Assembly (NCBI GenBank): GCA_963824995.1
Contig: CAWGRK010000006.1
Coordinates: 194,273-258,272 of the forward strand
Direction: 5' to 3'
From: an uncultured Actinomycetes bacterium
GTDB taxonomy: Bacteria; Actinomycetota; Acidimicrobiia; Spongiisociales; DATADW01
DNA length: 64,000 bases
Below, in pieces: positions 50,996 through 61,391 of this stretch (the first letter of the stretch is position 1; each line of letters opens with the position of its first letter). The notes below the pieces were generated by a model that saw only the letters and a program-made list of their open reading frames with translations, searched no databases and was not told the DNA's origin. A program made the position numbers and the translations under genes.

Positions 50996-52108
50996 TTATG
51001 GGATCAACCCGTCTTCCTGCGCCTGCGCCTTGAGGGCTAGGAATTCGTCGTAATCGGCGGTGAATGCGTGACTTCCGCGCTTGTTGGTCACGACGTAGTA
51101 GAGAAAGTCGGTGTTGGCGGGGCGCGCCGCCGCGGCAAGAGATGCCGAGCCCGGGGCGGCTATCGGCGTCGGAGGCAGGCCGGCGACCACTCTGGTGTTG
51201 TATGGAGAATCCACCTCGAGATCCTCGGATGTGAGCCCACCCCTCTTCCCGAGCGCATAGAGGACCGTGGCATCGATGTCGAGCCGCATCCCCTCGTCGA
51301 GGCGGTTGCGGATGACGCTCGAGATGCGCCGCCGATCCCCGTCGATCCGCGCCTCCGCCTCGACCAGTGATGCGATCACCAATCCCTCGTACCTGCTGAG
51401 TCCTGCGTCCTCGAGGGCCGACCAATCGATTTCGTCCACTCTGGTCGCGGCGGTGTCCGACAACATTTGCAGTGCTTTGGCCGCTTCGGCTTCCTTGGGG
51501 ATCTCGTAAGTAGCGGGGAAGAGCAGTCCTTCCCATCCCTCGATCGTGTCCGGCGTTTCCCCCGGCGACAAGGTCGTGGTCACTTCCCCCGAGAGCAGCG
51601 CCTGCTCGAGGTCGTCGCGGGGCAGCCCGAGCTCTTCGGCAAGCAGGTCGAGTATCTCCACGACGCGGAGGCCCTCGGGGATCGTGACCCGCGTGGTGGG
51701 CCCGAGTTGAGGGCCCTCGCGCAGGACGGTGACCACGGCGGGGCCGCTCATTCCTGTTTCGAGTTGGTACTCACCTGCCTGGAGCGCTTCGGCGGCATTG
51801 GCGTCGGCCACCGCCGCCGAGAACTCATCGGCGGAGACCACCCCTGCTTCCTCTAGACGGGCCCCGATCGCCGCGGCGCTCGAGCCGGGATCGACCACGA
51901 AAGTCACCGCCTGACCCGGCGGGGCGAGAGTGGTTCGTGTCGGTCCGGCTCCGCCGACGAGGCGGGCGAGATAGGGGGCGCCGAAGAGCACGATCGCGGC
52001 CACGGCGGCCAGGGCGACGATCACGCCGATCGTGCGGCGCAGACCCGACGGCGCCGGTTCGGTCGGCGTCGGCTCGGTTTCCAGATCGGGTGGATGTCCA
52101 AGAGTCAT
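50996..52108 (-). CDS. mltG: Endolytic transglycosylase MltG
   Basis: TIPEG, EGLLFPATY, IASLVEAE, DSPYNT, GLPPTPI. Confidence 0.95.
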   Translation of the reverse strand: MTLGHPPDLETEPTPTEPAPSGLRRTIGVIVALAAVAAIVLFGAPYLARLVGGAGPTRTTLAPPGQAVTFVVDPGSSAAAIGARLEEAGVVSADEFSAAVADANAAEALQAGEYQLETGMSGPAVVTVLREGPQLGPTTRVTIPEGLRVVEILDLLAEELGLPRDDLEQALLSGEVTTTLSPGETPDTIEGWEGLLFPATYEIPKEAEAAKALQMLSDTAATRVDEIDWSALEDAGLSRYEGLVIASLVEAEARIDGDRRRISSVIRNRLDEGMRLDIDATVLYALGKRGGLTSEDLEVDSPYNTRVVAGLPPTPIAAPGSASLAAAARPANTDFLYYVVTNKRGSHAFTADYDEFLALKAQAQEDGLIP

Positions 52109-52110
52109 GA

Positions 52111-52551
52111 TTAGGTGTTCCGGCCGCTTTCGGACCCGGTCCCCCCCTTCCGGGACGCGTCCAGGTAGTGCTGCAGCATTACGGAGGCGGCCACTTTATC
52201 GACCATCCCACGACGTGCACGTCTCTGCACCCCGCCCGAGATCAGAGTCTCCTCGGCGGTGCGTGTCGTGAAGCGCTCATCGCACAGGTCCACCTCGAGC
52301 CCGGTTATGGCGCCAACCCGCTCTGCCAGCCGCCTGGCGCTCTCTGCCGCCGGCCCTTCTCTTCCCGAGAGCGAGATTGGGAGACCCACCACCACCCGCT
52401 CGACATCGTGCTCGGCGACCAGGACCTTGATCCGATCGTCGAAGTCGGGAACTGCGATCACGTCGAGCGGTTGGGCGATGATTCGCAGCGGGTCGGACAG
52501 GGCGACGCCGATCCGGCGACTCCCGGGATCGAGCCCGAGTACCCGCCCCAT
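52111..52551 (-). CDS. ruvX: RuvX/YqgF family nuclease
   Basis: LGLDPGSRRIGVALSD, VVGLP, DERFTT, VDKVAA. Confidence 0.95.
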   Translation of the reverse strand: MGRVLGLDPGSRRIGVALSDPLRIIAQPLDVIAVPDFDDRIKVLVAEHDVERVVVGLPISLSGREGPAAESARRLAERVGAITGLEVDLCDERFTTRTAEETLISGGVQRRARRGMVDKVAASVMLQHYLDASRKGGTGSESGRNT

Positions 52552-52600
52552 CAGACCGCCGGGGCGGCCTCTGCGCCCCCGGGCGAAGCCGCTGACAGAA

Positions 52601-55216
52601 TCACGGGACGAGGACGCGCCCGGCAGCTTCGCGTGCTGCCTCCAGAGCTTCGGCGAGCTTCTCGCCATGGGGCCCGCCCGCCTGCGAGAGCTCCGGGTCG
52701 CGACTGCCGCCGCCACCGAGCAGACCGGCGCCCGCTGAGGCCAGATCGGCAGCCGAGACACCGATCGCGGTCAGATCGGAGGTGACGGCAGCCACGAGGG
52801 CCCCCTTGCCGTTGTGCCGGCTGCCAAGGACCACTGCACCGGAGCGGAGCCGGTCCCTCACCGCCAGCGCCAGGGCGCGGAGACCGGCCGGATCGAGTTC
52901 GCGCTCCGCCACGACCAGTTGGCTCTCCCCGACGGTCGTCGCCCCCGCCGCCAGCGAAGCCGCATCCTCTGCCCTGTCCCTGTCCGTCATCGAGCCGAGC
53001 CGCTCCTCGAGTTGACGGGCCCTCTCCTGCAGGGCGCGTACCCGCTCCGGGACCTCGTCGGGACGGGCCCGCAACAGGTTGCCAGCCTCGGCGAGGGTGC
53101 GTCGGGCGCCAACCATGTGGTCGTAGGCGGTCTCGCCCGAGAGCGCCTCGATCCGGCGCAGGTTGGATCCGATCGATGACTCACCTACCACCAGCAGAGG
53201 CCCGACCTGGCCCACGCTCGGCGTGTGGGTACCACCGCACAACTCGATCGAATAGTCACCGATCCGCACCACACGGACCTGTTCGCCGTACTTGTCCCCG
53301 AAAAAGGCGAGAGCGCCGATGCGCTCCGCCTCATCCTTGCTGGTGACCCGATCGGAGACCGCGGCGTTCTCGACCGTCCGCCGGTTCGCCCTGAGTTCGA
53401 CCTCGGCCAGCTCCTCGGGGTCGAGCGCCTTGAAATGGCTGAAGTCGAAGCGCAGCCGCCCCGACTCGACCAGCGACCCGGCTTGACGGACGTGGTCCCC
53501 GAGCACGTCGCGCAGCGACCAGTGGAGGATGTGGGTCCCGGTATGGCTCTTGCGGATCCGCTCACGGCGCGGGCTGTCGATGGATAGCTGCGCTTCCTGA
53601 CCCACCTGGGCGAAACCCCGGAGCACCTTTGCCCGGTGACCGTGGAGCGAAGGGACCGGTCCCTGCGTGTCGGTCACTTCGAGCGCTCCGGTCTCGGTCT
53701 CGATCAAACCTGTGTCGCCAACCTGCCCGCCAGCCTCGGCGTAGAAGGGCGTCCTGTCGACGAAGACCTCGACCTCTTCGCCCGTCTCGGCCCGCTCCAC
53801 GAGATCGCCCTGACGGAGGAGGGCGAGGATCCGTCCCGGAGCCGCCTCGTCGCGGTAGCCGAGGAACTCGGTGGGCCCGGTGTCGTCGAGCAGGCGGCGA
53901 TAGGTGTCGGCAACCCCGGCGGCTGCACCCCCTTTCCACGACGCTCTGGCACGCTCCCGTTGCGCCTGCATCTCCTGGTCGAACCCGGCTGAGTCCACCC
54001 CCAATCCCCGCTCCGCGGCCACCTCCGTCGTCACCTCGACGGGGAATCCGTATGTGTCGTGGAGCCTGAACGCGGTCGCCCCGGAGACCTGCTCGCCGGG
54101 TTGCAGCCGGTCGAGTTCGGTGTCGAGGAGTTCGCTCCCCGACTCGAGCGTGCGTCGGAAGCGCGCTTCCTCCCGCTCGACCACGTCGACGATGAACGGC
54201 TCGCTGTGGGCCAATTCGGGGTAGCCCGCACCCAGGGCCTCGACGGTGGCACGCACCAGGCGGGGCATCACCAGGCCCTCGCCGCCCAGCCGCCAGGCGT
54301 GTCTCACCGCACGGCGCAGGATGCGCCGCAGGATGTACCCCCTGCCATCGTTCGACGGGACGACCCCGTCGGCGATCAGCATCGTCACAGATCTGCCGTG
54401 GTCGGCGAGGATTCGCAGCGCCACGTCCACCTCGGGTGATTCCCCGTAGCCGGCGCCGGTGTAGGAGGCTCCTGCTTGGAGCACGGGCCATACGACATCT
54501 GTCTCGAACAAGCTTGGGACTCCCTGGAGGAGCATGGCCACCCGCTCCAGCCCCATTCCGGTGTCGATGCTCCTGGCAGGCAGGTCACCGACCACGTTGT
54601 ACGGCTCGTCCTGGATGAACTGCATGAAGACCAGGTTCCACACCTCGCAGAACCGCTCTTCGTCCACCACGGGGCCACCGTCAGGCCCGAACTCGGGGCC
54701 GCGGTCGTAGAAGATCTCGGACGATGGTCCACAGGGCCCGGGAACGCCCATATGCCAAAAGTTGTCCGTGCCGCGGCGTTGCAGCCGCTTCGCATCGACC
54801 CCGACGTGGTCCAGCCAGATCGCAGCGGCCTCGTCGTCGCTCTCGTGGACGGTGAACCAGAGACGGTCGGGATCGAAACCCAGATGGTCGATGGCGAACT
54901 CGTGTGCCCAGGGGATGGCCTTCTCCTTGAAGTAGTCCCCAAAGCTGAAGTTGCCCAGCATCTCGAAGAAGGTGGCATGGCGCACCGTCGTGCCCACCAC
55001 CTCGATGTCCACGGTGCGCGCCACCTTTTGCGCCGTCACCGCTCGCTTGTATGGCGCCGGCTCCTCACCCAGGAAGTAGGGCTTGAAGGGCACCATCCCT
55101 GCGTTGGTCAGAAGCAGCGTCGGGTCCACGGGGATCAGTGAGGCCGACGGTCGCACCTCGTGGCCACGCTCGGCGAAGTACTCGAGGAACCTCTGGCGGA
55201 TCTGACTGCTCTTCAT
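52601..55216 (-). CDS. alaS: Alanine--tRNA ligase
   Basis: TNAGMVPFK, FFEMLGNFSFGDYFK, IDTGMGLER, HTGTH, ELCGGTH. Confidence 0.98.
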   Translation of the reverse strand: MKSSQIRQRFLEYFAERGHEVRPSASLIPVDPTLLLTNAGMVPFKPYFLGEEPAPYKRAVTAQKVARTVDIEVVGTTVRHATFFEMLGNFSFGDYFKEKAIPWAHEFAIDHLGFDPDRLWFTVHESDDEAAAIWLDHVGVDAKRLQRRGTDNFWHMGVPGPCGPSSEIFYDRGPEFGPDGGPVVDEERFCEVWNLVFMQFIQDEPYNVVGDLPARSIDTGMGLERVAMLLQGVPSLFETDVVWPVLQAGASYTGAGYGESPEVDVALRILADHGRSVTMLIADGVVPSNDGRGYILRRILRRAVRHAWRLGGEGLVMPRLVRATVEALGAGYPELAHSEPFIVDVVEREEARFRRTLESGSELLDTELDRLQPGEQVSGATAFRLHDTYGFPVEVTTEVAAERGLGVDSAGFDQEMQAQRERARASWKGGAAAGVADTYRRLLDDTGPTEFLGYRDEAAPGRILALLRQGDLVERAETGEEVEVFVDRTPFYAEAGGQVGDTGLIETETGALEVTDTQGPVPSLHGHRAKVLRGFAQVGQEAQLSIDSPRRERIRKSHTGTHILHWSLRDVLGDHVRQAGSLVESGRLRFDFSHFKALDPEELAEVELRANRRTVENAAVSDRVTSKDEAERIGALAFFGDKYGEQVRVVRIGDYSIELCGGTHTPSVGQVGPLLVVGESSIGSNLRRIEALSGETAYDHMVGARRTLAEAGNLLRARPDEVPERVRALQERARQLEERLGSMTDRDRAEDAASLAAGATTVGESQLVVAERELDPAGLRALALAVRDRLRSGAVVLGSRHNGKGALVAAVTSDLTAIGVSAADLASAGAGLLGGGGSRDPELSQAGGPHGEKLAEALEAAREAAGRVLVP

Positions 55217-55259
55217 GGGAGGCGACAGGTTACCGGCGGCCGGCGACGCTCTCCCAGGG

Positions 55260-55457
55260 TTAGCTTCTAAACCCTCCTCGCCGGGGGCGGACCATCCTCC
55301 CTCCGAGCGATAGGGCGTCGGCCACGGTGAGAGCGGCGCCCTGGGCGAGCTCGGTGGCGGTTGGCGGGCGGCGGCGCCACACCGAGCGCACCACGACCAT
55401 CATGCTTCCCGCCCCAGCCGCCATCCCGGCCCCGAACCACCAGATCCTCCGCACCAC
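55260..55457 (-). CDS. Small hypothetical membrane protein
   Basis: RRIWWFGAGMAAGAG hydrophobic N-terminus; immediately upstream of alaS. Confidence 0.6.
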   Translation of the reverse strand: MVRRIWWFGAGMAAGAGSMMVVVRSVWRRRPPTATELAQGAALTVADALSLGGRMVRPRRGGFRS

Positions 55458-55478
55458 GCCGGCGAGGCTACCGGAGCA

Positions 55479-56267
55479 TCAGATCGAGTGGATGGGGACC
55501 CCGGCCTTGTCGAGCGCCAGCTTGAGGCGGCGGTATCCCTCGCGCTTCACCGTCCAGCGCTCGGTGGGACGCGCCTTGACCACGCTGCGGACGACCATGG
55601 TGGACTCGGTAAGTTCCTCGACACCGAGCACTCTGGCCTCCGCCATGAACCTGTCGGCCCATTCCGGGTCTGCGGTGAAGGCGTCGAGTTCCTCTTTGAC
55701 CAGTCCGAAGACCCGATCCACATCCGTGTCGTAGGCGACGCCGATGTCGAACACGATGTCGGCGTACTCCTGGCTCTGGTTGGTGGAGACGACGATGGAG
55801 CCGTTTGGTACGTAGTACACGTTGCCGTCGATGTCGCGAAGCACCGTCACCCGGGGCCTGACCTGCTGCACCTCACCGGTGACGTTGCTGATCGTCACCA
55901 CGTCCCCGATCACGTACTGCCCTTCGGCCAGGATGAAGAACCCACCGATTAGGTCCCTGACCAGGGTCTGAGCACCCAAACCCAGAGCCACCCCAACGGC
56001 CGACCCGACCGCCACCAGCCCGCCGAGCGGAACGCCCCAAATAGCTGCCGCGGTGAAGACGAAGAACACGGCGAGGGCGACCAGCAACAGTCTGCTCAGC
56101 AAACCCCAAAGGGTCAGAGCGCGGGCCTGGGCGTCTGCTTTCCCGCTGCGGGCCGCCACCCGGAGCAACGCCGCCTTGCCCACCCTTCGCAGAATCACCC
56201 ACGTGACCAGGGTGACCAGGATGAGGACGCCGGTCGAAACGACGTCTTCGGTCACGGCCGGGTCCAC
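55479..56267 (-). CDS. Small-conductance mechanosensitive channel (MscS family)
   Basis: ALGLGAQTLVRDLIGGFFIL, GDVV, VPNG, IGVAYDTD. Confidence 0.92.
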   Translation of the reverse strand: MDPAVTEDVVSTGVLILVTLVTWVILRRVGKAALLRVAARSGKADAQARALTLWGLLSRLLLVALAVFFVFTAAAIWGVPLGGLVAVGSAVGVALGLGAQTLVRDLIGGFFILAEGQYVIGDVVTISNVTGEVQQVRPRVTVLRDIDGNVYYVPNGSIVVSTNQSQEYADIVFDIGVAYDTDVDRVFGLVKEELDAFTADPEWADRFMAEARVLGVEELTESTMVVRSVVKARPTERWTVKREGYRRLKLALDKAGVPIHSI

Positions 56268-56302
56268 CCCGCCAGCCTAGGAGCGAACCGGAACGCCGCT
56301 CC

Positions 56303-56512
56303 TCAGTCGGGCGGTCCGGGAGTGGCCGGCACCGGCTCCCGCTCGGGGGCGGGCTCGGCCGGTTCGGCCGGTTCGACAGGCTCAGCCGGCTCGGTCTTTT
56401 CCGGCGGTTCGGTCGGTTCCGGCTCCACAGGCTCCGGTTCGATCCGAGCAGGCTCTGCAGGCGCCTCGACCGGTTCGACCTCCCAGACGCGCTTGATCGG
56501 TCCTATGTCCAT
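56303..56512 (-). CDS. 69-aa Pro/Glu-rich peptide (MDIG-start)
   Basis: GAAGGAGG RBS; start overlaps the upstream stop; EP-repeat body. Confidence 0.75.
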   Translation of the reverse strand: MDIGPIKRVWEVEPVEAPAEPARIEPEPVEPEPTEPPEKTEPAEPVEPAEPAEPAPEREPVPATPGPPD

Positions 56513-57810
56513 GCCCGGTTGCCTCCTTCGCCGATCACCGGCACCCGATATCTCGCCTCCAGCCTTGCGGCCACCATCGAGAGCAGCGTCGGAAGCTCTA
56601 CCGGCTCCCCACTACCCGCCAGAAGGGTCGCGGCGTGCCGCTCGCATGCCAGGGCGTACCGATCCGACCTGATGACGCCTACCTTCGGAGGTGAGGGGCA
56701 AAGCTCGCGCACCGCCCTCCGCTTCAAACCGTGCTCACACGCCGTTCGAACCTCGAGCGGACCGACGATCCGGGCCCTCTGGGCTCGGAATCCGCGCTCC
56801 CCCTCGAGCACCGTCCCGGAGAGTTCGACCGCCCCCTCGACGCACAAGCCCGCATCGAGTGGCCAATCCACTCCCCCTGGGTCCCTCAGCGCGTAGATCC
56901 CGCACCGGCAGTCGAGCGATGGGGCGGTGTGCGTGGTCGGCGTGAGTGGGTCGAAACGGCTTCTTCTCCCCGGCCAGCACCTGGCAACGACTTCCTGTTC
57001 GAGCCAGAGATGGTCCACGATGGCGCTGCCCAGGACCGGCTCCCCGGTGCTGCCGCCAACGACGCTGCTCGGCCGAACCACCCATCGCCTGTACCCGAGG
57101 AACGGTTCGATGGTGAATAGGGGGCCCTCGGGTAGCTCGATCGGTGGCCCGAAAGCCCACCCGGCAGACCGCATCCGTGGGACCGGGAGCGGCGGAGGGG
57201 CGGGCGGGCGCTGAGGCGGCTCGTGGCGGGCGCCACCACCGCGCCGCGCAGCCAGCCAGGTTCGCCGCTCGTCGTCGAGCGCGGCCTCGTCGCGCCTCAT
57301 CTGGGCGATGAGGGCGGCGTTCACCCCGGCTGCGACCGCGCCTTCGGTGGTCCGGTCTACTGCGGCGGAACGCCAGCGCTCCCGCCAGACGCGGAGTGGG
57401 CCCGAGACCATCTGCCCCATGGCGGCCCTCGCCGCAGGACGCCGCAGCGCGAGAAGCCGCAGAACGAACCAGCGGATCGGATAGGCGCAGAGGAACCCCG
57501 CCCAGAGCCAGACGGCGAGTCTCGGCTCCACCTTGATACCGTTTTCCGGAGGGAGCATCTCGGCGACCTGCTCGATGAGCGCCCCGAGGAGGACGGCGAC
57601 CATCCCCCACATGAGCCCGAAGGTCACCATCCAGAGTGACACGAAGAGCACGCCGGCCGCCGCCTCGCGCAGCAGCGTTCCCACCCCCGTCACCACGAGG
57701 CCCACCCTTCGCAGCCCCGTCCGCACTCGGGCGTACGCCCAAACCGCCCCCTGCAGCGGCCATGACCCCCAGCGGAGTCCGGCGCCCAATGGTCGACCCT
57801 TGGTAGACAC
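56503..57810 (-). CDS. Hypothetical membrane protein with C-terminal Cys/His-rich domain
   Basis: Two to three hydrophobic segments, Pro-rich linker, GYRRW...C...HTAP..DCRCGIYA...GAVELSGTVLEGERGFRAQRARI; GTG start at 57810 with GGGGGA upstream. Confidence 0.75.
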   Translation of the reverse strand: MSTKGRPLGAGLRWGSWPLQGAVWAYARVRTGLRRVGLVVTGVGTLLREAAAGVLFVSLWMVTFGLMWGMVAVLLGALIEQVAEMLPPENGIKVEPRLAVWLWAGFLCAYPIRWFVLRLLALRRPAARAAMGQMVSGPLRVWRERWRSAAVDRTTEGAVAAGVNAALIAQMRRDEAALDDERRTWLAARRGGGARHEPPQRPPAPPPLPVPRMRSAGWAFGPPIELPEGPLFTIEPFLGYRRWVVRPSSVVGGSTGEPVLGSAIVDHLWLEQEVVARCWPGRRSRFDPLTPTTHTAPSLDCRCGIYALRDPGGVDWPLDAGLCVEGAVELSGTVLEGERGFRAQRARIVGPLEVRTACEHGLKRRAVRELCPSPPKVGVIRSDRYALACERHAATLLAGSGEPVELPTLLSMVAARLEARYRVPVIGEGGNRAWT

Positions 57811-57859
57811 CGTTCCCCCGGTTCTACCAGGGATCAGACGTCCCTGTGACGAGCGCCGC

Positions 57860-59209
57860 TCAGCCATCCTGCTCGTCACGGGGAGGCTTGCCCAGAACCT
57901 CATCGATCTGACTTAGTCGCTCCGCCGCTTCGGCCTCTGCGCCCTGTTCGGTGGGTCTGTAGAGCACGGTGGCTTCAGAGCCTTCGGGTAGATAGCTCTG
58001 CTCGATCAGATGACCGGGGGAGTCGTGGGGGTACCGGTATCCGACCCCATGGCCAAGCTTCCGCGCTCCCCAATAGCCGGTACCTCTGAGGTGCGGTGGG
58101 ACCTGAGCGCCGGGCGTCGCCCCGACCGCCTCGCGGGCGGCGCCCATTGCCTCAGCGATCGAGTTCGACTTCGGTGCCAGGGCGAGATGTACGGCGGCAT
58201 GGCTGAGGGCATAGGCGGCCTCGGGCAGCCCCACAAAGGAGAGCGCCTCGGCGGCTGCAACCGCAACCTGCAGCGACAGCGGATCGGCCATCCCGACATC
58301 TTCCGAGGCGAGGATGACCATGCGGCGGGCGATGAACTCGGGGTCTTCGCCCGCTTCGAGCATGGTGAAGAGCCAGTAGAGGGCGGCATCCGGGTCCGAG
58401 CCCCGGAGACTCTTGATGAAGGCCGAGATGATGTCGTAGTGCTGGTCGCCGGTCTTGTCGTAGCGGACAACCCGCCGTCGCAGCGCCTCGTCCACGTCCT
58501 CGGCCCCGATCGACGTCCCCTGCCGCGACCCGGCGAGCATCGCTGCCACCTCGAGCGCGTTCAGCGCCAGCCTGGCGTCGCCTCCCACCCGGTCGGAGAG
58601 TGTCTGCATGGCCTCCGGCTCGATCCCGAGACCAGTGTCACCCAGGCCCCGCTCCTCATCATCGAGCGCCCTCTCGATGATGACCGCAACATCCTCGGGA
58701 CCGAGCGGTTCCAGCCGGAACAGACTCGACCGGGAGATGAGCGGTGAGTTGACCTCGAAGAAGGGGTTCTCCGTCGTGGCGCCTACCAGCACCACGATCC
58801 CATCCTCGACAGAAGGGAGCAAGGCATCCTGTTGGTTCTTGGTGAACCGGTGAATCTCGTCGATGAAAAGGACCGTTCGCCGACCGTCCTCCTCCAGCCG
58901 GTGCTTGGCCGCAGCCAGCACCTCGCGCACGTCCTTCACGCCGGCAGACGTCGCCGAGAGGACCTCGAACACGGCGTCGCTGCGCTCCGCCACGAGCCGT
59001 GCAAGCGTGGTCTTACCGGTGCCTGGCGGTCCCCAGAGGATCATCGAGAGCGGGCGGCCCGACTCGACCAGACGGCGGAACGCCGCCCCCGGGCCCAACA
59101 GCGCCGGTTGGCCGACCACCTCGTCGAGCGTCTGGGGGCGCATACGAGCCGCCAGCGGTGCTGCCTCCATTCTCCGGGCTGCGCGCTGCTCGGAGAACAG
59201 GTCGGCCAT
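57860..59209 (-). CDS. rarA: Replication-associated recombination protein A
   Basis: PLAARMRP, GPPGTGKT, FIDEIHRF, GATTENP, SAFIKSLRGSD. Confidence 0.96.
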   Translation of the reverse strand: MADLFSEQRAARRMEAAPLAARMRPQTLDEVVGQPALLGPGAAFRRLVESGRPLSMILWGPPGTGKTTLARLVAERSDAVFEVLSATSAGVKDVREVLAAAKHRLEEDGRRTVLFIDEIHRFTKNQQDALLPSVEDGIVVLVGATTENPFFEVNSPLISRSSLFRLEPLGPEDVAVIIERALDDEERGLGDTGLGIEPEAMQTLSDRVGGDARLALNALEVAAMLAGSRQGTSIGAEDVDEALRRRVVRYDKTGDQHYDIISAFIKSLRGSDPDAALYWLFTMLEAGEDPEFIARRMVILASEDVGMADPLSLQVAVAAAEALSFVGLPEAAYALSHAAVHLALAPKSNSIAEAMGAAREAVGATPGAQVPPHLRGTGYWGARKLGHGVGYRYPHDSPGHLIEQSYLPEGSEATVLYRPTEQGAEAEAAERLSQIDEVLGKPPRDEQDG

Positions 59210-59232
59210 CAGGTCAAGCTAGTGACGGCGAT

Positions 59233-59631
59233 TCACCTTTTCATCCGGCGCGACTCGACCATGATGCATGCGTCGGCGAGATAGTCGAACCCGTTCTGCT
59301 GGAGGAAGTCGACGAGTTGGGGGGTATCGGCACCGGGCTGCACCCAAACGCCCTTGTGGCCGAGCGTCATCGCCTCCCGCGCCACCTCGATACCGATCCA
59401 ACCGGGTACGACCAGGTCGATTATGTCCGGTGGCTCGGGAAGAGATCCCAGGTCTGGGTACGCCTTGTCCCCGTCGACGGTCTCCCGGTTGGGGTTGACG
59501 GCGAACACCCGATAACCCTTGCGCTTGATGTCCCGGTAGATCACCGACCCGTACTTGGCGGGATTGTCGGTGGCACCGACCACGGCGATGGTGGTATCGG
59601 CGTCGTCGAGCATCGCGACGAGGTCGTTCAT
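59233..59631 (-). CDS. CoA-binding protein (YccU-like)
   Basis: IAVVGATDNPAKYG, AVNP, VWVQPG, CIMVE. Confidence 0.9.
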   Translation of the reverse strand: MNDLVAMLDDADTTIAVVGATDNPAKYGSVIYRDIKRKGYRVFAVNPNRETVDGDKAYPDLGSLPEPPDIIDLVVPGWIGIEVAREAMTLGHKGVWVQPGADTPQLVDFLQQNGFDYLADACIMVESRRMKR

Positions 59632-59635
59632 TCGG

Positions 59636-61391
59636 TCACGTCTCCTCCGTTGGCAACAGCCTGACGCCCAGTTCGGCGAGTTGCTCCTCTTCTACCGGGG
59701 TGGGAGCCCCGGTAAGGGGATCTGAACCGGTCTGGGTCTTGGGGAACGGCATCACCTCGCGGATGTTTGGCTCGTCGCGCAACACCGCAACCAGGCGGTC
59801 GATCCCGAAGGCGAACCCACCATGAGGTGGGGTGCCATATCGAAGCGCCCGAAGAAACCACCCAAAACGGCTTTCCGCCTGCTCGGCCGAGATCCCGAGA
59901 ATCTCGAATACCCGCCGCTGGACCTCGGGATCGTGGATTCGGATGCTCCCCGATCCGAGCTCGGTCCCGTTGACCACCAGGTCGTAGGCGCGGAAAATCG
60001 CCTCAGCGGGGCGCTCCTCCATAGCGGCGACATCCACCGGGGCGGTGAAAGGGTGATGGGACGGTGCCAGTTGCCCCCCAGCCGTCTCCTCGAATGCAGG
60101 GAAGTCGGTGACCCAGAGAAAAGAGAGGTCGTCGTGACCCTCGGGACGGCCCAATTCGATCCGCAACTGACCGAGCACACCCTGGGCACGCCTCTGCTTG
60201 ACGTCCGCCACCAACAGCAGGGTGTCGCCCTCGACGGCCTCGAGAGAACCGATGACACCCTCGATCTCTCGTTCCGCCAAGAACTTGGAGACGGGCGAGC
60301 GAACGCCGCCACCTTCCTCCACCACCATCCACACCAGACCCGACGCCCCCAGTTCCTTGGCCCGGGCCACGAGCCCGTCAAGCCCGGACCGGGACAGGGC
60401 AATGGCACCGGCGTCGAGTCCTGCAACCGATCCTCCTTCAGAGAGCACGCTGCCGAAACCGGCGAACTCAGTGCCGGCGAACACGGCGGACAGATCCTCC
60501 AGACTCCCTCCCGAAACGCAGATCGGGCTTGTCCGTCCCGAAGCGGTCCATCGCTTCGGACCAGGTCATGCGGGGGAACGGCAGCGGCGGCGCTGAGCCG
60601 GCGCACCGCCTCTACGGCTGCCGCCACCGACACCTCGATCGCTGCCTGGATCTCGGGCTCCTCCCAGAAGGCCCCCTCCAGGTCCAGCTGCGGTGAACTC
60701 GACCTGTCGGTCGGAGCGGAAGTCTTCGTCGCGGTAGCAGCGGGCGATCTGGGAAGCATCGCTCGACCCCGGAGACCATCAAAAGCTGCTTGGAAGAGCT
60801 GGGGTGACTGAGGAAGGGCGAAGAAGCTGCCCGGCTGATGCCTGCTGGGGACGAGAGGTCGTGGGCGCCTTCGGGTGTGGATCGGATCAATGTGGGGGTT
60901 TCGACCTCGAGAAACCCCTGGTCATCGAGCGAGCGTCTGATTGCGGCGACCGCCTTGGACCTCGCCACCAGGTTCGCAGCCATCCGGGGACGGCGCAGGT
61001 CGAGATAGCGGAATTCGAGCCGGGTCTTCTCTCGATCTCCGCCCTGTCGTCGAGTTGGAAGGGAAGGCCCTCCGCCGGGCTGAGGATGGTCAGTGAATCG
61101 CCACCGACTTCGATCTCGCCGGTGGGGAGATCACGGGTTGACCGTGCCCTCGGGCCGGCGGCGGACGATGCCTTGGATGCTGAGGCACCACTCGGAACGA
61201 ACATCGTGCACCGCCGGCACGGCCGCCGGGTCGATCACCACCTGGACGATCCCGGTTGAGTCGCGCAGGTCGAGGAAGGCGATCCCACCGTGGTCCCTTC
61301 GCCGCGAGACCCAGCCGGCCAGGCGTACCTGCCGCCCCTCGTCGCCCACGCCGAGGAGGCCCGCCCGGTCACTTCGGTATCGGTTGCTCAC
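59636..61391 (-). CDS. aspS: Aspartate--tRNA ligase, several frameshifts between about 60500 and 61140
   Basis: [65 protein letters not shown]. Confidence 0.93.
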
